In this document: one piece after another, positions 45,213 to 59,000 of the stretch
Numbering within the stretch: position 1 is the stretch's first letter
Layout: every line of letters starts with the position of its first letter
Source: Dendrobates tinctorius
Taxonomy: Eukaryota
Reading direction: 5' to 3'
Length of the DNA stretch: 64,000 bases
NCBI RefSeq assembly: GCF_039654945.1
Contig: NW_027361726.1
Location: forward strand, 8,432,001 to 8,496,000
Translations under genes and position numbers: made by a program
The notes under the pieces: generated by a model
The model's database searches: none
What the model saw: the letters and a program-made list of their open reading frames with translations, nothing else
Told to the model about the DNA's origin: nothing

Positions 45213-46433
45213 CACTCACTGGCCACTTTATTAGGTACACCATGCTAGTAAGGGGTTGGACCCCCTTTTGCCTTCAGAACTGCCTCAATTCTTCGTGGCA
45301 GAGATTCAACAAGGTGCTGGAAGCATTCCTCAGAGATTTTGGACCATATTGACATGATGGCATCACACAGTTGGCGCAGATTTGTCGGCTGCACATCCCT
45401 GATGCGAATCTCCCGTTCCACCACATCCCAAAGATGCTCTATTGGATTGAGATCTGGTGACTGAGGAGGCCATTTGAGTACAGTAAACTCATTGTCATGT
45501 TCAAGAAACCAATCTGAGATGATTCGAGCTTTATGACATGGCGCATTATCCTGCTGAAAGTAGCCATCAGATGTTGGGTACATTGTGGTCATAAAGGGAT
45601 GGACATGGTCAGCAACAATACTCAGGTAGGCTGTGGCGTTGCAACGATGCTCAATTGGTACCAAGGGGCCCAAAGAGTGCCCAGAAAAAATTCCCCACAC
45701 CATGACACCACCACCACCAGCCTGAACCGTTGATACAAGGCAGGATGGATCCATGCTTTCATGTTGTTTACGCCAAATTCTGACCCTACCATCCGAATGT
45801 CGCAGCAGAAATCGAGACTCATCAGACCAGGCAACGTTTTTCCAATCTTCTACTGTCCAATTTCGATGAGCTTGTGCAAATTGTAGCCTCAGTTTCCTGT
45901 TCTTAGCTGAGAGGAGTGGTACCCAGTGTGGTCTTCTGCTGCTGTAGCCCATCTGCCTCAAAGTTCGACGCACTGTGCGTTCAGAGATGCTCTTCTGCCT
46001 ACCTTGGTTGTAACAGGTGGCAATTTGAGTCACTGTTGCCTTTCTATCAGCTCGAACCAGTCTGCCCATTCTCCTCTGACCTCTGGCATCAACATGGCAT
46101 TTCCGGCCACAGAACTGCCGCTCACTGGATTTTTTTTCTTTTTCGGACCATTCTCTGTAAACCCTAGAGATGGTTGTGCGTGAAAATCCCAGTAGATCAG
46201 CAGTTTCTGAAATTCTCAGACCAGCCCTTCTGGCACCAACAATCATGCCACGTTCAAAGGCACTCAAATCACCTTTCTTCCCCATACTGATGCTCGGTTT
46301 GAACTGCAGGAGATTGTCTTGACCATGTCTACATGCCTAAATGCACTGAGTTGCCGCCATGTGATTGGCTGATTAGAAATTAAGTCTTAACACACAGTTG
46401 GACAGGTGTACCTAATAAAGTGGCCAGTGAGTG
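45213..46433 (-). mobile_element. Intact Tc1/mariner DD36E (Incomer-type) transposon, 1221 bp
   Basis: Perfect 29-bp TIRs cactcactggccactttattaggtacacc, TA TSD, single uninterrupted ORF. Confidence 0.95.
45245..46285 (-). CDS. Tc1-family transposase, 346 aa, DD36E
   Basis: HTH N-terminus; [14 protein letters not shown] and [11 protein letters not shown] motifs; 36 residues between the second D and E. Confidence 0.93.
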   Translation of the reverse strand: MGKKGDLSAFERGMIVGARRAGLRISETADLLGFSRTTISRVYREWSEKEKKSSERQFCGRKCHVDARGQRRMGRLVRADRKATVTQIATCYNQGRQKSISERTVRRTLRQMGYSSRRPHWVPLLSAKNRKLRLQFAQAHRNWTVEDWKNVAWSDESRFLLRHSDGRVRIWRKQHESMDPSCLVSTVQAGGGGVMVWGIFSGHSLGPLVPIEHRCNATAYLSIVADHVHPFMTTMYPTSDGYFQQDNAPCHKARIISDWFLEHDNEFTVLKWPPQSPDLNPIEHLWDVVEREIRIRDVQPTNLRQLCDAIMSIWSKISEECFQHLVESLPRRIEAVLKAKGGPTPY

Positions 46434-49400
46434 TATACCCTCCACTCTGTGTTAAGATTAGGTGTACTCCTAGAGACAGTACATGGTCTCTCCATTAGGG
46501 GTCATTTTTTCGGGATTTGTGTGTTTGTGTTTTTTGTGTATCCTCTTCGTGGACTAGGGTTGTACAGGGTGCTATTAGGGTCACCGACGTTGAGCGGGGG
46601 CGCCATATCGCATATATTAGGGTGCCAACCTCCGCGGCAAGGAAGGGACGCACTAGGGCTTATTAGGGCGAGTGTAGTGCCCTGATATATTGCACAATTT
46701 GTATGTCCAAAATATTATGTACCCTGCTCCCTATATTGGTACTATCCAGGTTTTTAATATTGGAATAAAAGTTAATTTTTAGGGTCAAATTTCTTTTGCT
46801 CTCTTGGTTTTTTCTGAACCGGTCTCCCTAAATACTTCTGTGTTGTACAATGAGCCAGGATTAGACCTATTGCGGCGCGCGTGCCACCATGATGACCCGG
46901 ACATGACACCCGACCCCTCGTCACGTGACCAGCAAGCCGGAAGGCAGAGTTGCCTAGTTACAGACGCTGAATCAGGAGAGCCGGGAACCAGACTGTGCAT
47001 GCGCACAGGTCGTCCGTTCCCATGGATACACACAGCTCCAATGTGGGAGGGTTTACAGGTAATAACGGCGCATGCGTCGTCGGCAAGACAAGGCGTCTCA
47101 GGACACGCACGGCGTCCAAGGATGTCACAATGGATACCAATACGTATACCACAGAACACCGAGTCACAAGCAGCGCACAACCTGAACCCAGGCACCTAGG
47201 CTAAATACTAAACTGGCATATTTTTACTATATATAAAATAAGCACAGAAGTATATATAAAAAAGAGAAGTAGATATGGATGGAATGAAAGAAAAAATATA
47301 TAAAGGGGCACATAAAGTCATAATATATAATGGAATAGTTTTTTATATATGTATAACAAATAAAATATTATACAAAGATATATAGACAATATGAAAAAAC
47401 TATATATATGAAATACGAAGGTAAAGAAAAAACAAGAAGGACATAAAGAATATATATTAATGGATACAAAAAAATAATAAGAAAATAATGATAAAATAAA
47501 TACAAAATAAAATATAATAATAAAGTGAAAAAATAACAAAAAAAATTAATAGAAAAATTTAAATAAGTAAAATATTAATGGCTATTTCCATCTTTTCTCT
47601 TCCAGACGATTTCATAAGTGTTCAATGTGTCAATGCGTGACTCCCAAGAAATATATCAATCATCCATCTTTCAAGAACTCCGAAAAAAAGAGAAGGTAAG
47701 TCCTTAAATAAATAGAAGATAAAATGTAAATATAACATAAAATAAAAATATATAAAATGCTAAAAGAAATGGGATATAAAAAAGGGGGAGGAGAGAGGTT
47801 CAGAAAAAGTGGTTCACATATAAGATAATATATATAAAATATATTATAAAAAGGTGCAAAACTCAGATTTTCACTGAGTCCTAATGGCGTGACTGTTTTG
47901 AGACTCCAAATCCATTTGGCTTCCAGACGAGCCAGAGGGGTAGTTATTTTACCACCTCTGATGTTGGGCTTAACCATATCAATGCCGATTACTCTACCAT
48001 AACTGTAATGCTGATTTATTTAAAGTTTGAAATGTTTTGGTATGGTTATTAATGTACTTACGTCCTCTATGTCTTTTGCAGCCATGATTCCCAAAACATG
48101 CTCCTGAACTCTAACTTTCAATTATCAAGTTGTCAAACCAACAGATTAGGGAACAGGGACAAGTGGCATAGTAGACAACTGCTTTTGTCGCACAACATTG
48201 TTGTATGTGTGATTTTAAACATATTTAAACCATGCGAACTGAAAAGTGTTTGTACTCGTTCAATATTTGGGCAATCCACACATTTTCCACACGGCTTGCA
48301 TCCCCAAGGTGGTTTGGAATCTGATAAAAGTTGAAGGAGTAGAATCTGAGATATAATGGCTTTTAACCAATTTGTCTCCCAGGTTTATTGGTCTTCTATA
48401 GGTGACACTTGCTTTTGGTCCAATATATTCGGACAAGATAGGGTCAGTATGTAGAATAGACCACGATTTCGGCAAATAGTTCAACATTACATTAGTCCGG
48501 CCATGATATTGAGTAATAAATCTCACTGTTTTATCAATTGTTGATTATCTTGAATAATAAAGGGCTTGATGGCGTGGAGTATTTTTGGCTCGATTAAAAG
48601 CCCCTTTTTATAGATCGCTGACTATATCCACGATCTAAGAATCTGAGTTTGAGGTCATCCGCTTGTTTTTTAAAATCTTCCTCATTGGAACAAATCCTGC
48701 GTAATCACAAGAATTGACCAATAGGAATAGATCTCACAAGGCTGGAGGATGTGCTGAATTTGCATGTGAAAATGAGTTTACTTAAGAAGACTTATGAAAC
48801 AGGTCAGTCTGTATGCAGTTATCCATATCTCTTTTAACACTCACATCCAAAAACTAAATTATATCTTTGAATATCCATCTCGCATACCAATTTAACAAAG
48901 AGTTCCTGTTCAGATTGGACAAAAAAATCTTTGAGTGATTCTGCTGGTCCCTGCCAGATCAGGAATATGTCATCAATGTACCACGCCCAAAAGAGAACGC
49001 GATCCATTGATCACAACTGATCTGACAGGAACAGGTACCTCTCCCACAGCCCCAGGAATAAATTAGTGTAGGCGGGTGCAAAAGAGGCACCCATAGCAGT
49101 GCCCTGGAGCTGCAGGTAGAAGGACCCTTTAAATAGAAAAAAAATTGTGTGACAACGTAAAAGACGGGAGTTGCTCTACAAACTGGCCCATGGATGTTGA
49201 TATAGTTGAAGAATTCAAATAGTATTTGGTAGCATGAATACCATCCAAATGGCGTATATTTGTGTACAGTGACTACGTCAGATGAAGTGTATCTTCACCA
49301 ATATGTAAGCCATCCACTTTCTTTAAAAATTAATTTGTATCTTTAATAAATGATGGTAAAGATTCTACCAATGGTTGTCATTTCGAGACTATGAATCTAT

Positions 49401-51453
49401 TCACATTTTACATATAATTTCCACACACTGAAATTATAGGTCTACCTGGAGGTACACTCTGATTTTTATGAATTTTGGGTAGCAGATATAGGGTGGCAAT
49501 GGATGGTTTGTCCACTTGAAGGGCCATAAATAATTCCCTTGATATAATCCCGTTATCTCTTGCATTTTGGAGAATGGACAATAGTTTGGCCTGGTATTTA
49601 TTCAAAGGATTAAATGTTAGTTTTTGATAACAGTAGTATTTTTCAATTGCCGAAAAGCCTCTGTCTCATATAGTGTTTTAGGCCAAACCACCACATTCCC
49701 ACCCTTATCTGCTGGTTTAAAAACAACATCTTTTAGGTCCTGAAGTTTTTTTAAGACTACTTCTTTCCTCCCTACTTAGGTTACTGTTACTAGGATAACG
49801 GGGAATTTTTTCACAATCATTACTCACAGTTTTAATGAAAACATCAATTATGGGACAAGAGGATAGTGGTGGAAATTTCCGAGAACGGGGCAGAATTGAT
49901 GAGGGAATCTTACCTTCCTCAGATATATTATGTTCATTTGCCAAGTTATCAAGGATAGCTAACGCTTCCTGTTCCGCCTCTGTAGGAAACAATTTAGAAA
50001 CAGTCTCATCATGAAAGTGACATTTAAATAAGTTTTCTCGCAAAGAGATGTAAATCCTTTATCGCCGTGAAGTGATCAAAATGTGGCGTGGGACAAAACA
50101 TAAAAGACCTTTATTAAATAAATGATTTTCAATAGAAGTAAAGGTATGTGTACTTAGGTTGATTACCTTAAAATTACTCCTATAATTTTCAGGTGAATAT
50201 CTGATGGATCGTTTCATGGGTTGATATCGTAAGTCACGTTTTCGTTTAGGTGTTGAGACGTTGGAGACTGATGCAGAGGCGGAAGTGGAAGCGCCAGAGA
50301 TGTCACTCATAGGTGGATTGGATGACATGGATGGATTTCGGTCCCGTTGATAATCATCATTATTATCATTGGCTGTATTTTTTCGCCATCTATATACTCT
50401 TCCCAAGTTGAAGTCCCTCTGATCGCTCATAAGCTTATTGCTCTGATTCACTTGTATGTCCTTTATCCACTGATCAATAGGTTTGTCTAATTGTAGACTA
50501 ATTGATTGCAGCTGTTACACAGAGAGATTGGACTTGGTATTTGTAGATGCCTCCTCCAAAGCTTTATCAATCTCAGTCAGAGAATTAACGTTCAATTTAG
50601 TCAATAGTTCCATTAGTTTTTTTGGATGTTTCATTGCAGATGTTTTCCCAGCTCATAATAAATTCTTTATCATTGTCTATAAATGATGGAGTGACTTGAA
50701 CTCTCAGGCCTCTTGGAATTGTTTATCATCAATATAATTTTCCAAGAAGGCCTGGTTCCACCAAAAGCGGATTATTTTGTGTGTCAGATTTTTAATAGCA
50801 TTAAAAGTAGAATCAAATTGTGAACCACTTGTCACCATTGTAGTGGTACCACTATTCCCAAAGACTTGTTTAACTCGTCCTTGCCAGGGTAATTCCCTGG
50901 CTTTAAAATCCATGATCAGGCAGAGAAAAAACCTGTGCAAAACACAGAAATTAGCAAGAGAACTAAGACAACCTGATTGAAGCAATACCTATATATAACA
51001 CACGGTTAAAAATTCAAGGAGAAGTTTCCAAGAAAAAGATATATATATATTTTATAATAAAATTATATTACCGTAACAACTTAAGATTAATCAACAGTGT
51101 TTATACAGTAGCTAAAAGAAGAATGGTAGACCATTCGAGAATTAAATAATACCGAACCACAAGACCTCAAATTTTACGGTCAAGTATAAAATATATTAAA
51201 AATAATAAAAATATAAAGGCGATTCAATATGGTTAAAAGACCTTTATTAGATAATAGTAGTAAATGGTAACACTAAAAAAGCATTGTGCGCTCATTAAAT
51301 ATACAATATATCATTTAATATATAACACTTTATAGAAAAGCACGGCGGGCAATATAGTTCAAAGTTACATACAATAGTTAATGTATATTACCCTAAGTAA
51401 GCTCATCCCATAAAAAGTGGCAATATAAACAGGGAGCCATTTAATAACACATA

Positions 51454-53066
51454 CAGTGCCTTGCAAAAGTATTCGGCCCCCTGGAACTTTTCAACTTTTT
51501 CTCCACATATCATGCTTCAAACATAAATATACCAAATGTAAATTTTTGGTGAAGAATCAACAAGTGGAACACAATTGTGAATTTGAACGAAATTTATTGT
51601 CCATTTTAAATTTTTGTGGAAATTCAAAAACTGAAAAGTGGGGCGTGCAATATTATTCAGCCCCTTTACTTTCAGTGAAGCAAACTCACTCCAGAAGTTC
51701 ATTGTGGATCTCTGAATGATCCAATGCGGTCCTAAATGACTAATGATGGTGTGCAATCAAGTCTCCATATAAATGCACCTGCTCTGTGATAGTCTCAGGG
51801 TTCTGTTTGAAGCACAGAGAGCATTATGAAGACCAAGGAACACAACAGGCAGGTCCGTGATACTGTTGTGGAGAAGTTTAAAGCCGGATTTGTATACAAA
51901 ATTATTTCCAAAACATTAAACATCCCAAGGAGCACTGTGCAAGCGATCATATTGAAATGGAAGGAGTATCATACAACTGCAAATCTACCAAGACCTGGCC
52001 ATCCCTCTAAACTTTCATCTCAAACAAGGAGAAGACTGATCAGAGATGCAGCCAAGAGGCCCATGATCACTCTGGATGAACTGCAGAGATCTACAGCTGA
52101 GGTGGGACAGTCTGTCCATAGGACAACAATCAGTCTTACACTGCACAAATCTGGCCTTTATGGAAGAGTGGCAAGAAGAAAGCCATTTCTCAAAGATAGC
52201 CATAAAAAGTGTCGTATAAAGTTTTCAACAAGCCACCTGGGAGACACACCAAACATGTGGAAGAAGGTGCTCTTTTCAGTTGAAACCAAAAATCGAACTT
52301 TTTGGCAACAATGCCAAACGATATTTTTGGCGTAAAGGCAACACAGCTCATCACCCTGAACACGCCATCCCCACTGTCAAACATGGTGGTGGCAGCATCA
52401 TGGTTTGGGGCTGCTTTTCTTCAGCAGGGACAGAGAAGATAGTTAAAATTGATGGGAAGATGGATGGAGCCAAATACAGGACCATTCTTGAAGAAAACCT
52501 GTTGGAGTCTGCAAAAGACCTGAGACTGGGACGGAGATTTGACTTCCAACAAGACAATTATCCCAAACATAAAGCAAAATCTACAATGGAATGGTTCACA
52601 AATAAACGTATCCAGATGTTAGAATGGCCAAGTCAAAGTCCAGACCTGAATCCAATCGAGAATCTGTGGAAAGAGCTGAAAACTGCTGTTCACAAACGAT
52701 CGCCATTAAACCTCACTGAGCTCGAGCTGTTTGCCAAGGAAGAATGGGCAAGAATTTCAGTCTCTCGATGTACAAAACTGAGAGAGACATACCCCAAGCG
52801 ACCTGCAGCTGTGATCGCAGCAAAAGGTGGCGCAACAAAGTATTACGTTAAAGGGGCCGAATAATATTGCATGCCCCACTTTTCAGTTTTTGAATTTCCA
52901 CAAAAATTTAAAATAACCAATAAATTTAATTCAACTTCACAATTGTGTCCCACTTGTTGCTGATTCTTCACCAAATATTTACATTTGGTATCTTTATGTT
53001 TGAAGCATGATATGTGGGAAAAGGTTGAAAAGTTCCAGGGGGCCGAATACTTTCGCAAAGGCACTG
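51454..53066 (+). mobile_element. Tc1-like DD34E transposon with long IR/DR termini, inactive
   Basis: TA-cagtgccttgcaaaagtattc... ~210-bp TIRs. Transposase 51826-52850 has a frameshift near 52285, and the first catalytic D is lost (WSDETK reads FSVETK). Confidence 0.92.
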
Positions 53067-53260
53067 TATAAGGGCTCCAAACAAAGTGAAATGTGCAAGA
53101 GTTTTAAATAAATATATATTGAGGCTCAAATATATAAAAATAAATAAGAAACAGTACATATATAAAGTGCTGAGTGCAAAAAGTGCCAATGGAAAAAGGG
53201 GGAGAGCAATTAGGGGGTATATACCTTTAAGGCCCCGCCGGTCACCGAGCAGCATAGCCC

Positions 53261-53510
53261 CGAAACCTGCGCACTGCAAGACTCTGCTCTGCCCTCAACA
53301 GGAAGGGAAGACGAGGACGGAATCGTATGAAGATGGGAGGCGTCGGACCGGACCGCCCCCTTCGGTGAGTATAATCTAACATGTTTTTCATATCTTTCAG
53401 GTTACATCAGGGGCTTATCTACAGCATTACAGAATGCTGTAGATAAGCCCCTAATGTCAATGCCGGCAGCTCATAGGGCAAAAAAAAAAAAAAAAAAAAA
53501 GGGTGACAGA
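53261..53510. mobile_element. Right arm of the T2/Kolobok-like MITE family
   Basis: gcgcactgca...ggtgagtataatctaac...gggcttatctacagc...ggtgacag, matching the copies at 16611 and 58119. Confidence 0.65.
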
Positions 53511-55404
53511 AGTTATTGACAAGGTAATTAGTGAAGAAGTGACTGAGCATCTTGTGTGTGGACCAGTTACCTTGAACCCACAAAAGTAGATCACATTTAT
53601 AAAAACCAAGCAGGGTATTTTATCTCCTCCTTGTAAGGTAGGGTGATAACAGTACGAGAGACCCCCTACCCGCACCTATCAGGGAAAGTAAGCGTGTTGG
53701 GTGCAGCATGGGCCTATGTGCCTCCATATGCCATTGTAGAATTTCAGCTAACCACTCACACTTCTTCCCTGTTGTTACAAAAAGTTATTAATAATAATAA
53801 TAATAATAATAATGCAAAATCATCTTGCCACTACAACACAGCAATGGCAACACAGCAAGCCACTAGAGATTTTTTTATGCAGCTGAAAGGGGTTAAAAAT
53901 ACTTATGCTGAGTGCAGATCCTCAGGGGCAGAGCATGACAAGGCTGTTATATGAATGTCATGCTCCGCCCCCCCCACATAACAGTATTGATTTTTACTGA
54001 ACATATCCCAATTCAAGCCCAAAGTAAGAAAAAAAAATGAAAATACCATGTACCATTATGTGGTCAAAAAGCAGCACTCAAAATAACAGAAAGGCACTTT
54101 TAATCGGGTTCAATTACAAAAGATATGCTGGGCCCTCCCTCATGGTACATAATACGGTCATAGCATGAACTTTTGGACTAATTTATTATAGTTTTGTCCC
54201 TTTTTTTCATTGTTTTTGGCCTGACTTTTTATTTGCACATTTTTTTAATCTGCGGCTTTTTTTTGCAGTCTATTTTGTGTGTTTGCTTGTTTCTTTCCAT
54301 TTCTTTTTTTATATTAGTCATTGTGGACAGGGTATGGGACTTTCAAATGTTTGCAGCAGCATCAATTGTGACTTTTAGATAAGTTGCAACATTTTTGTGC
54401 ATATGTACTAAGGCCCCTCCCTTACGCCTTAATATTTTGGAAACATTTTGCTCTTGAAAAGAGCAAAAAAGATAAATAAAAAGCATGCCAGATAAAAAAA
54501 AAAGGATAATGATTAATAAATGATGGATGGATGATCCAGAAACCTCAAATGAGTAAACGTCTAAAAATAGTGCCACTCGGTCCATGGGCTGCATCTGGTA
54601 TAACTACAGTTTGAAAAATTTTGAACAACTCATTTAAGCCTTGTCCCAAGATCATTCATTCTTGCCTAATAGAAAAAACACAAGGCAGTGTTGATTACTT
54701 AACCTTTAATTATTCAAAGTATGACAATGGCTGTCACGGCCCCTAGTTTTATAAAGACCTTAAGAGGCACTCCAACACAAAACTTGCATGTATAGCCTAT
54801 CCTGCTGTAAAGTGCACACAATTTTTAAATCACTTCATTCAGAACCATATCCTTTCGACCCATATTGTCCCCAAAAAGAAGACTAAGAGAACCCCCCCCC
54901 CCCAAACTCAGCCCCTTTCAGTGATTTGGTGAGAACCAGAGCCATTCGTGGCTATGGGTTATACCTATTAATGCAACGTGTGGCCCAGACTGGACAGATT
55001 CAAAGCTTTTCAAACTTGATTCCATTTTTTGGACGGTTCAGCTTCTACAGCCTCTGTATATCGCAGTACCGAGCGCACATCAGGGGAGCTTATATAAACT
55101 TAACTCTTCTCTCTCTTCTCCAGAACCATCTTCTAAGCTGATTTATGACCACAACTAAATAAAATTATCTGGTCATTAGCCAGTTTTTGGAAGACGGCCC
55201 AGGAGGGAGATAAGGGCACAGATCAGAGAACGAGCTCACAGATAACGTATCACGAGAGTTCTCATTTTCAGTCTAGAATTCTTATCAGTCTTCTCCTGAA
55301 CTGTCTAGGGTGATTTTATTTATAATTAAACTTTGATGTGGTCATATAAAAAAAAAAGGTGGTCCAGCAGAAGAGATAAATTTTACAGACCCCGAGGGAT
55401 TCAT

Positions 55405-55606
55405 GGAGGCCGGCTGAGGCAGTGAGCCCCGTACAGTGAGAGACACAGAGGCCAGCTGAGGCAGTGTGCCCCGTACAGTGAGAGACACGGAGGCCAGCTG
55501 AGGCAGTGTGCCCCGTACAGTGAGAGACACGGAGGCCGGCTGAGGCAGTGTGCCCCGTACAGTGGAAGACACGGAGGCCGGCTGAGGCAGTGTGCCCTGT
55601 ACAGTG
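55405..55606. repeat. Minisatellite, 42-bp unit x ~5
   Basis: ggaggccggctgaggcagtgtgccccgtacagtgagagacac repeated. Confidence 0.85.
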
Positions 55607-56007
55607 ATGCAGAGAGAATGTAGAAGACAAACACTTTTTTTTTTTTTTTAATGAAAACCAATTTCAAGTTATTTTTACTAATTACATGGAAGTTTGAAAA
55701 TAAAAACCATTCTCACAGTTGCATCCATTCTATCAATTTAAGGATGTAAAGTGATTCTAGTGCTGCAGATTCAACCAAACAATATCTCCCCAAATCTTTG
55801 TTACCTATCCCCATTAATTAACGCCTCAAATTATGTTCAAAACACCAAGTAGAATGATAAAGATCCATCTGGGCAGGGCGGCTTTCTCACAGGAGCAGCC
55901 GAGGACTCACACCTCAGTCCTTCCCGCCACGCTCAGTCCCATTAGGAAAACCTGTGAAGAAGTCATCCACTCTAGTCCATTGGAGGTCTTCTCACCGGTC
56001 ACAGCAT

Positions 56008-59000
56008 TTACGTCTGGTGGGGGGAAAGAAAATAATCATGAGTGAAGGAAGATTGGTAGAGGAAGGGTGGCTCGACAACTGATAAAAAGCTCCAACTCCT
56101 AAGATGCACAGGTAAGCTGGGAATTGTAGTTCAGCTGAAGAGCCACCTGTTGGAGAAGAACATTGCCCTCTTGCCTGCTATTGCCCTAAACAGGGCAGAG
56201 ATGCAATACTAGACCCAGCCTACGGACAAGGGTGGTGCTGTGAAGTCTCTGCCCTGGTTTCCCCACATATGTACATGGTGAAAGCGGTGACAGAGAGAAG
56301 GAGGAGAAATATTAACCCAGGAGGGGACTACAACCTTCAGCCTACCATATATCCAGAAACACGCGGCTTCTTCCGCCTCGCCTTCTCGCCCTCCGTTCTT
56401 ATCCCCCATTTACGTTTCATCTGCGAGGCGCCCAAAATACTGAAGTCACTGTTCTCTTCAGACATCAGGTTGGTTGAAAAAAGTGGTGACGTCTCCACCC
56501 TTGACTCCAGACCAAAGAGGAGGAAGCGGCCGGAGGAGACACTGGTGTCTTCGGGCATCATACCAGAGTCCATATCCACGTCACAACAGCCGTGGACATT
56601 CACCACGCTATCGTCAGGTCTCCCAGACAGATCGATACTTTGACAAGAGGTCTTCACCTTCTCCATGGTGTCAGGATAGGGCACATGGCCCCAACATTCT
56701 CCTTCTGGGTCTCCAGTGGGGATAAACCCATAGCCCAGACTCATAGAATCATCCCTGAGCGTAGAGGGATCTGGGTCATCACCACAAGCAAATTTCTGGT
56801 CACATTCACTGCTGGAAGATTGTAAGGTGTTCTCAGAGTCTCCATCATAGGGGTCCAAGAACTGGAAGAAAGTGGCAGATGTAGCAGAGCTGCACTCACT
56901 ATTCTGCTGGTGCAGTCACTGTGTACATACATTACATTACTGATCCCGTACTGATCCTGAGTTACATACTGTATTATGCTCCAGTGCTGCACTCACTATT
57001 CTGCTGGTGCAGTCACTGTACATACATTCAATTTCCTGAGTTACATCCTGTATTATACTCCAGAGCTGCACTCACTATTCTGCTGGTGCAGTCACTGTGT
57101 ACTGTACATACATTACATTACTGATCCCGTACTGATCCTGAGTTACATACTGTATTATCCTCCAGTGCTGCACTCACTATTCTGCTGGTGGAGTCACTGT
57201 ACATACATTCAATTTCCTGAGTTACATCCTGTATTATACTCCAGAGTTGCACTCACTATTCGGCTGGTGCAGTCACTGTGTACATACATTACTGATCCTG
57301 AGTTACATCCTGCATTGTATTCCAGAGCTGCACTCACTATTCTGCTGGTGCAGCCACTGTGTACATACATTACTGATCCTGAGTTACATCCTGCATTGTA
57401 TTCCAGAGCTGCACTCACTATTCGGCTGGTGCAGTCACTGTGTACATACATTACTGATCATGTACTGATCCTGCATTACATCCTGCATTGTATTCCAGAG
57501 CTCCACTCACTATTCTGCTGGTTGATTCACTGTGTACATACATTACTGATCATATACTGATCCTGAGTTACATCCTGTATTATACTCCAGACCTGCACTC
57601 ACTATTCTGCTGGTGCAGTCACTGTGTACATACATTACATTACTGATTCTGAGTTACATCCTGTATTATACCCTAGAGCTGCACTCACTATTCTGCTGGT
57701 GCAGTCACTGTGTACATACATTACATTACTGATCCTGAGTTACATCCTGTATTATACCCCAGAGCTGCACTCCCTATTCTGCTGGTGCAGTCACTGTGTA
57801 CATACATTACATTACTGATCCTGAGTTACATCCTGTATTATACTCCAGAGCTGCACTATCAGTACCTGCAATTTCTGGAAATCCATGCTCTTCACATCTA
57901 CAGAAGATGTTGGGATTGACACTTCGATTCCAAACCCCTAAAAATTAGAAAAAAAGAAAACTCAAACATGAAAGAAATGACACATGACGTGTCACCAGTT
58001 TTTCGGTCTTGGTTCGCGTGCAGAGCTGTAGAGCGCAGTATTCGCATGGTCACTCAGTGAATCTAGAGACCCAATGACTTCCCCATTAGGATCATGCAAT
58101 GGTTGCTGCCATTTTTTACTTAAAGGGAATCTGTCACCCCATTTTTGCTCTACGAGCTGCTGCCACCGCCATCAGGGGCTTATCTACAGCATTCTGTAAT
58201 GCTGTAGATAAGCCCCCAATGTAACCTGAAAGATAAGAAAAACAAGTTAAGGCCCCGTCACACTAAAGGGGGTTTTACACTAAGCGATATCGCTAGCAAT
58301 ATCGCTAAAACGTCACTGGTTTTGTGACGTTATAGCGATATTGCTAGCGATATCGCTATGTGTGATACTTACCAGCGACCGGCTCCCCCGCTGATTATCG
58401 CTGATCGCGCGAGAATGTCCGGCTCCATTTCTCGTCGGGCGCTTCCTGCTGAGACTTCCTGCTGTGACGACGAGCGACGCGTGGAGGCGGGCAGGAGGAC
58501 GTCAGGATCGCTGTGTGTGAAAGGTGAGTATCGTGCGCTGCGTCGCTGCTGCATCGCTGTGAGATCTTTCTGTGTGAAAGCTCACTAGCGATCATTTAGC
58601 GATGCACCAGCGATCCTGACCGGGTCGGATCGCTGGTGCATCGCTAAATGTAAAAGGGCCTTAAGCGACTTACCAGCGATCCCGACACCGATATGAAGGT
58701 GTCAGGATCGCTGGTAAATCGCTATGTGATCGCTGGTGAGCTGTCACACAGACAGCTTCACCCGCGATCAGCACAGCGATGCCGAGCGCCTGGCATCGCT
58801 GGCCATCCTGTAAAAAATAGAATCAAAATAAAAAATATAGTTATTCTCACCTTCCGACGTCCTGTTCAGCCATCCCGCCTCTCTCCACGCTCCGGTCCCA
58901 GTGATCCTTTGCACGAATGACCGCGAGATGTCACAGTCTCGCGGGGATAACAAAGTCTCGCGGTCATTCGTGCAAAGGATCACTGGGACCGGAGCGTGGA

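Larger units (their letters stand above)
44062..53260 (-). mobile_element. Penelope-like retroelement (degenerate RT + GIY-YIG ORF, ~50905-47860) with pseudo-LTR repeats
   Basis: Minus-strand MDFKAREL..., DKGGNVVVW, LYLLPKIHK..PPGRPIIS, YLQLQGTAMGASFAPAY, WYIDDIFLIWQG, and LEAKWIWSLKTVTPLGLSE. Direct repeat 44062-44210 / 53111-53260. Inverted repeat 44312-44713 / 45192-46814. Hammerhead motifs present. Confidence 0.88.

Noticed and set aside
56921-57919. Repetitive hydrophobic ORFs (LHSLFCWCSHC...)
   Set aside because: They are translations of a tandem satellite.
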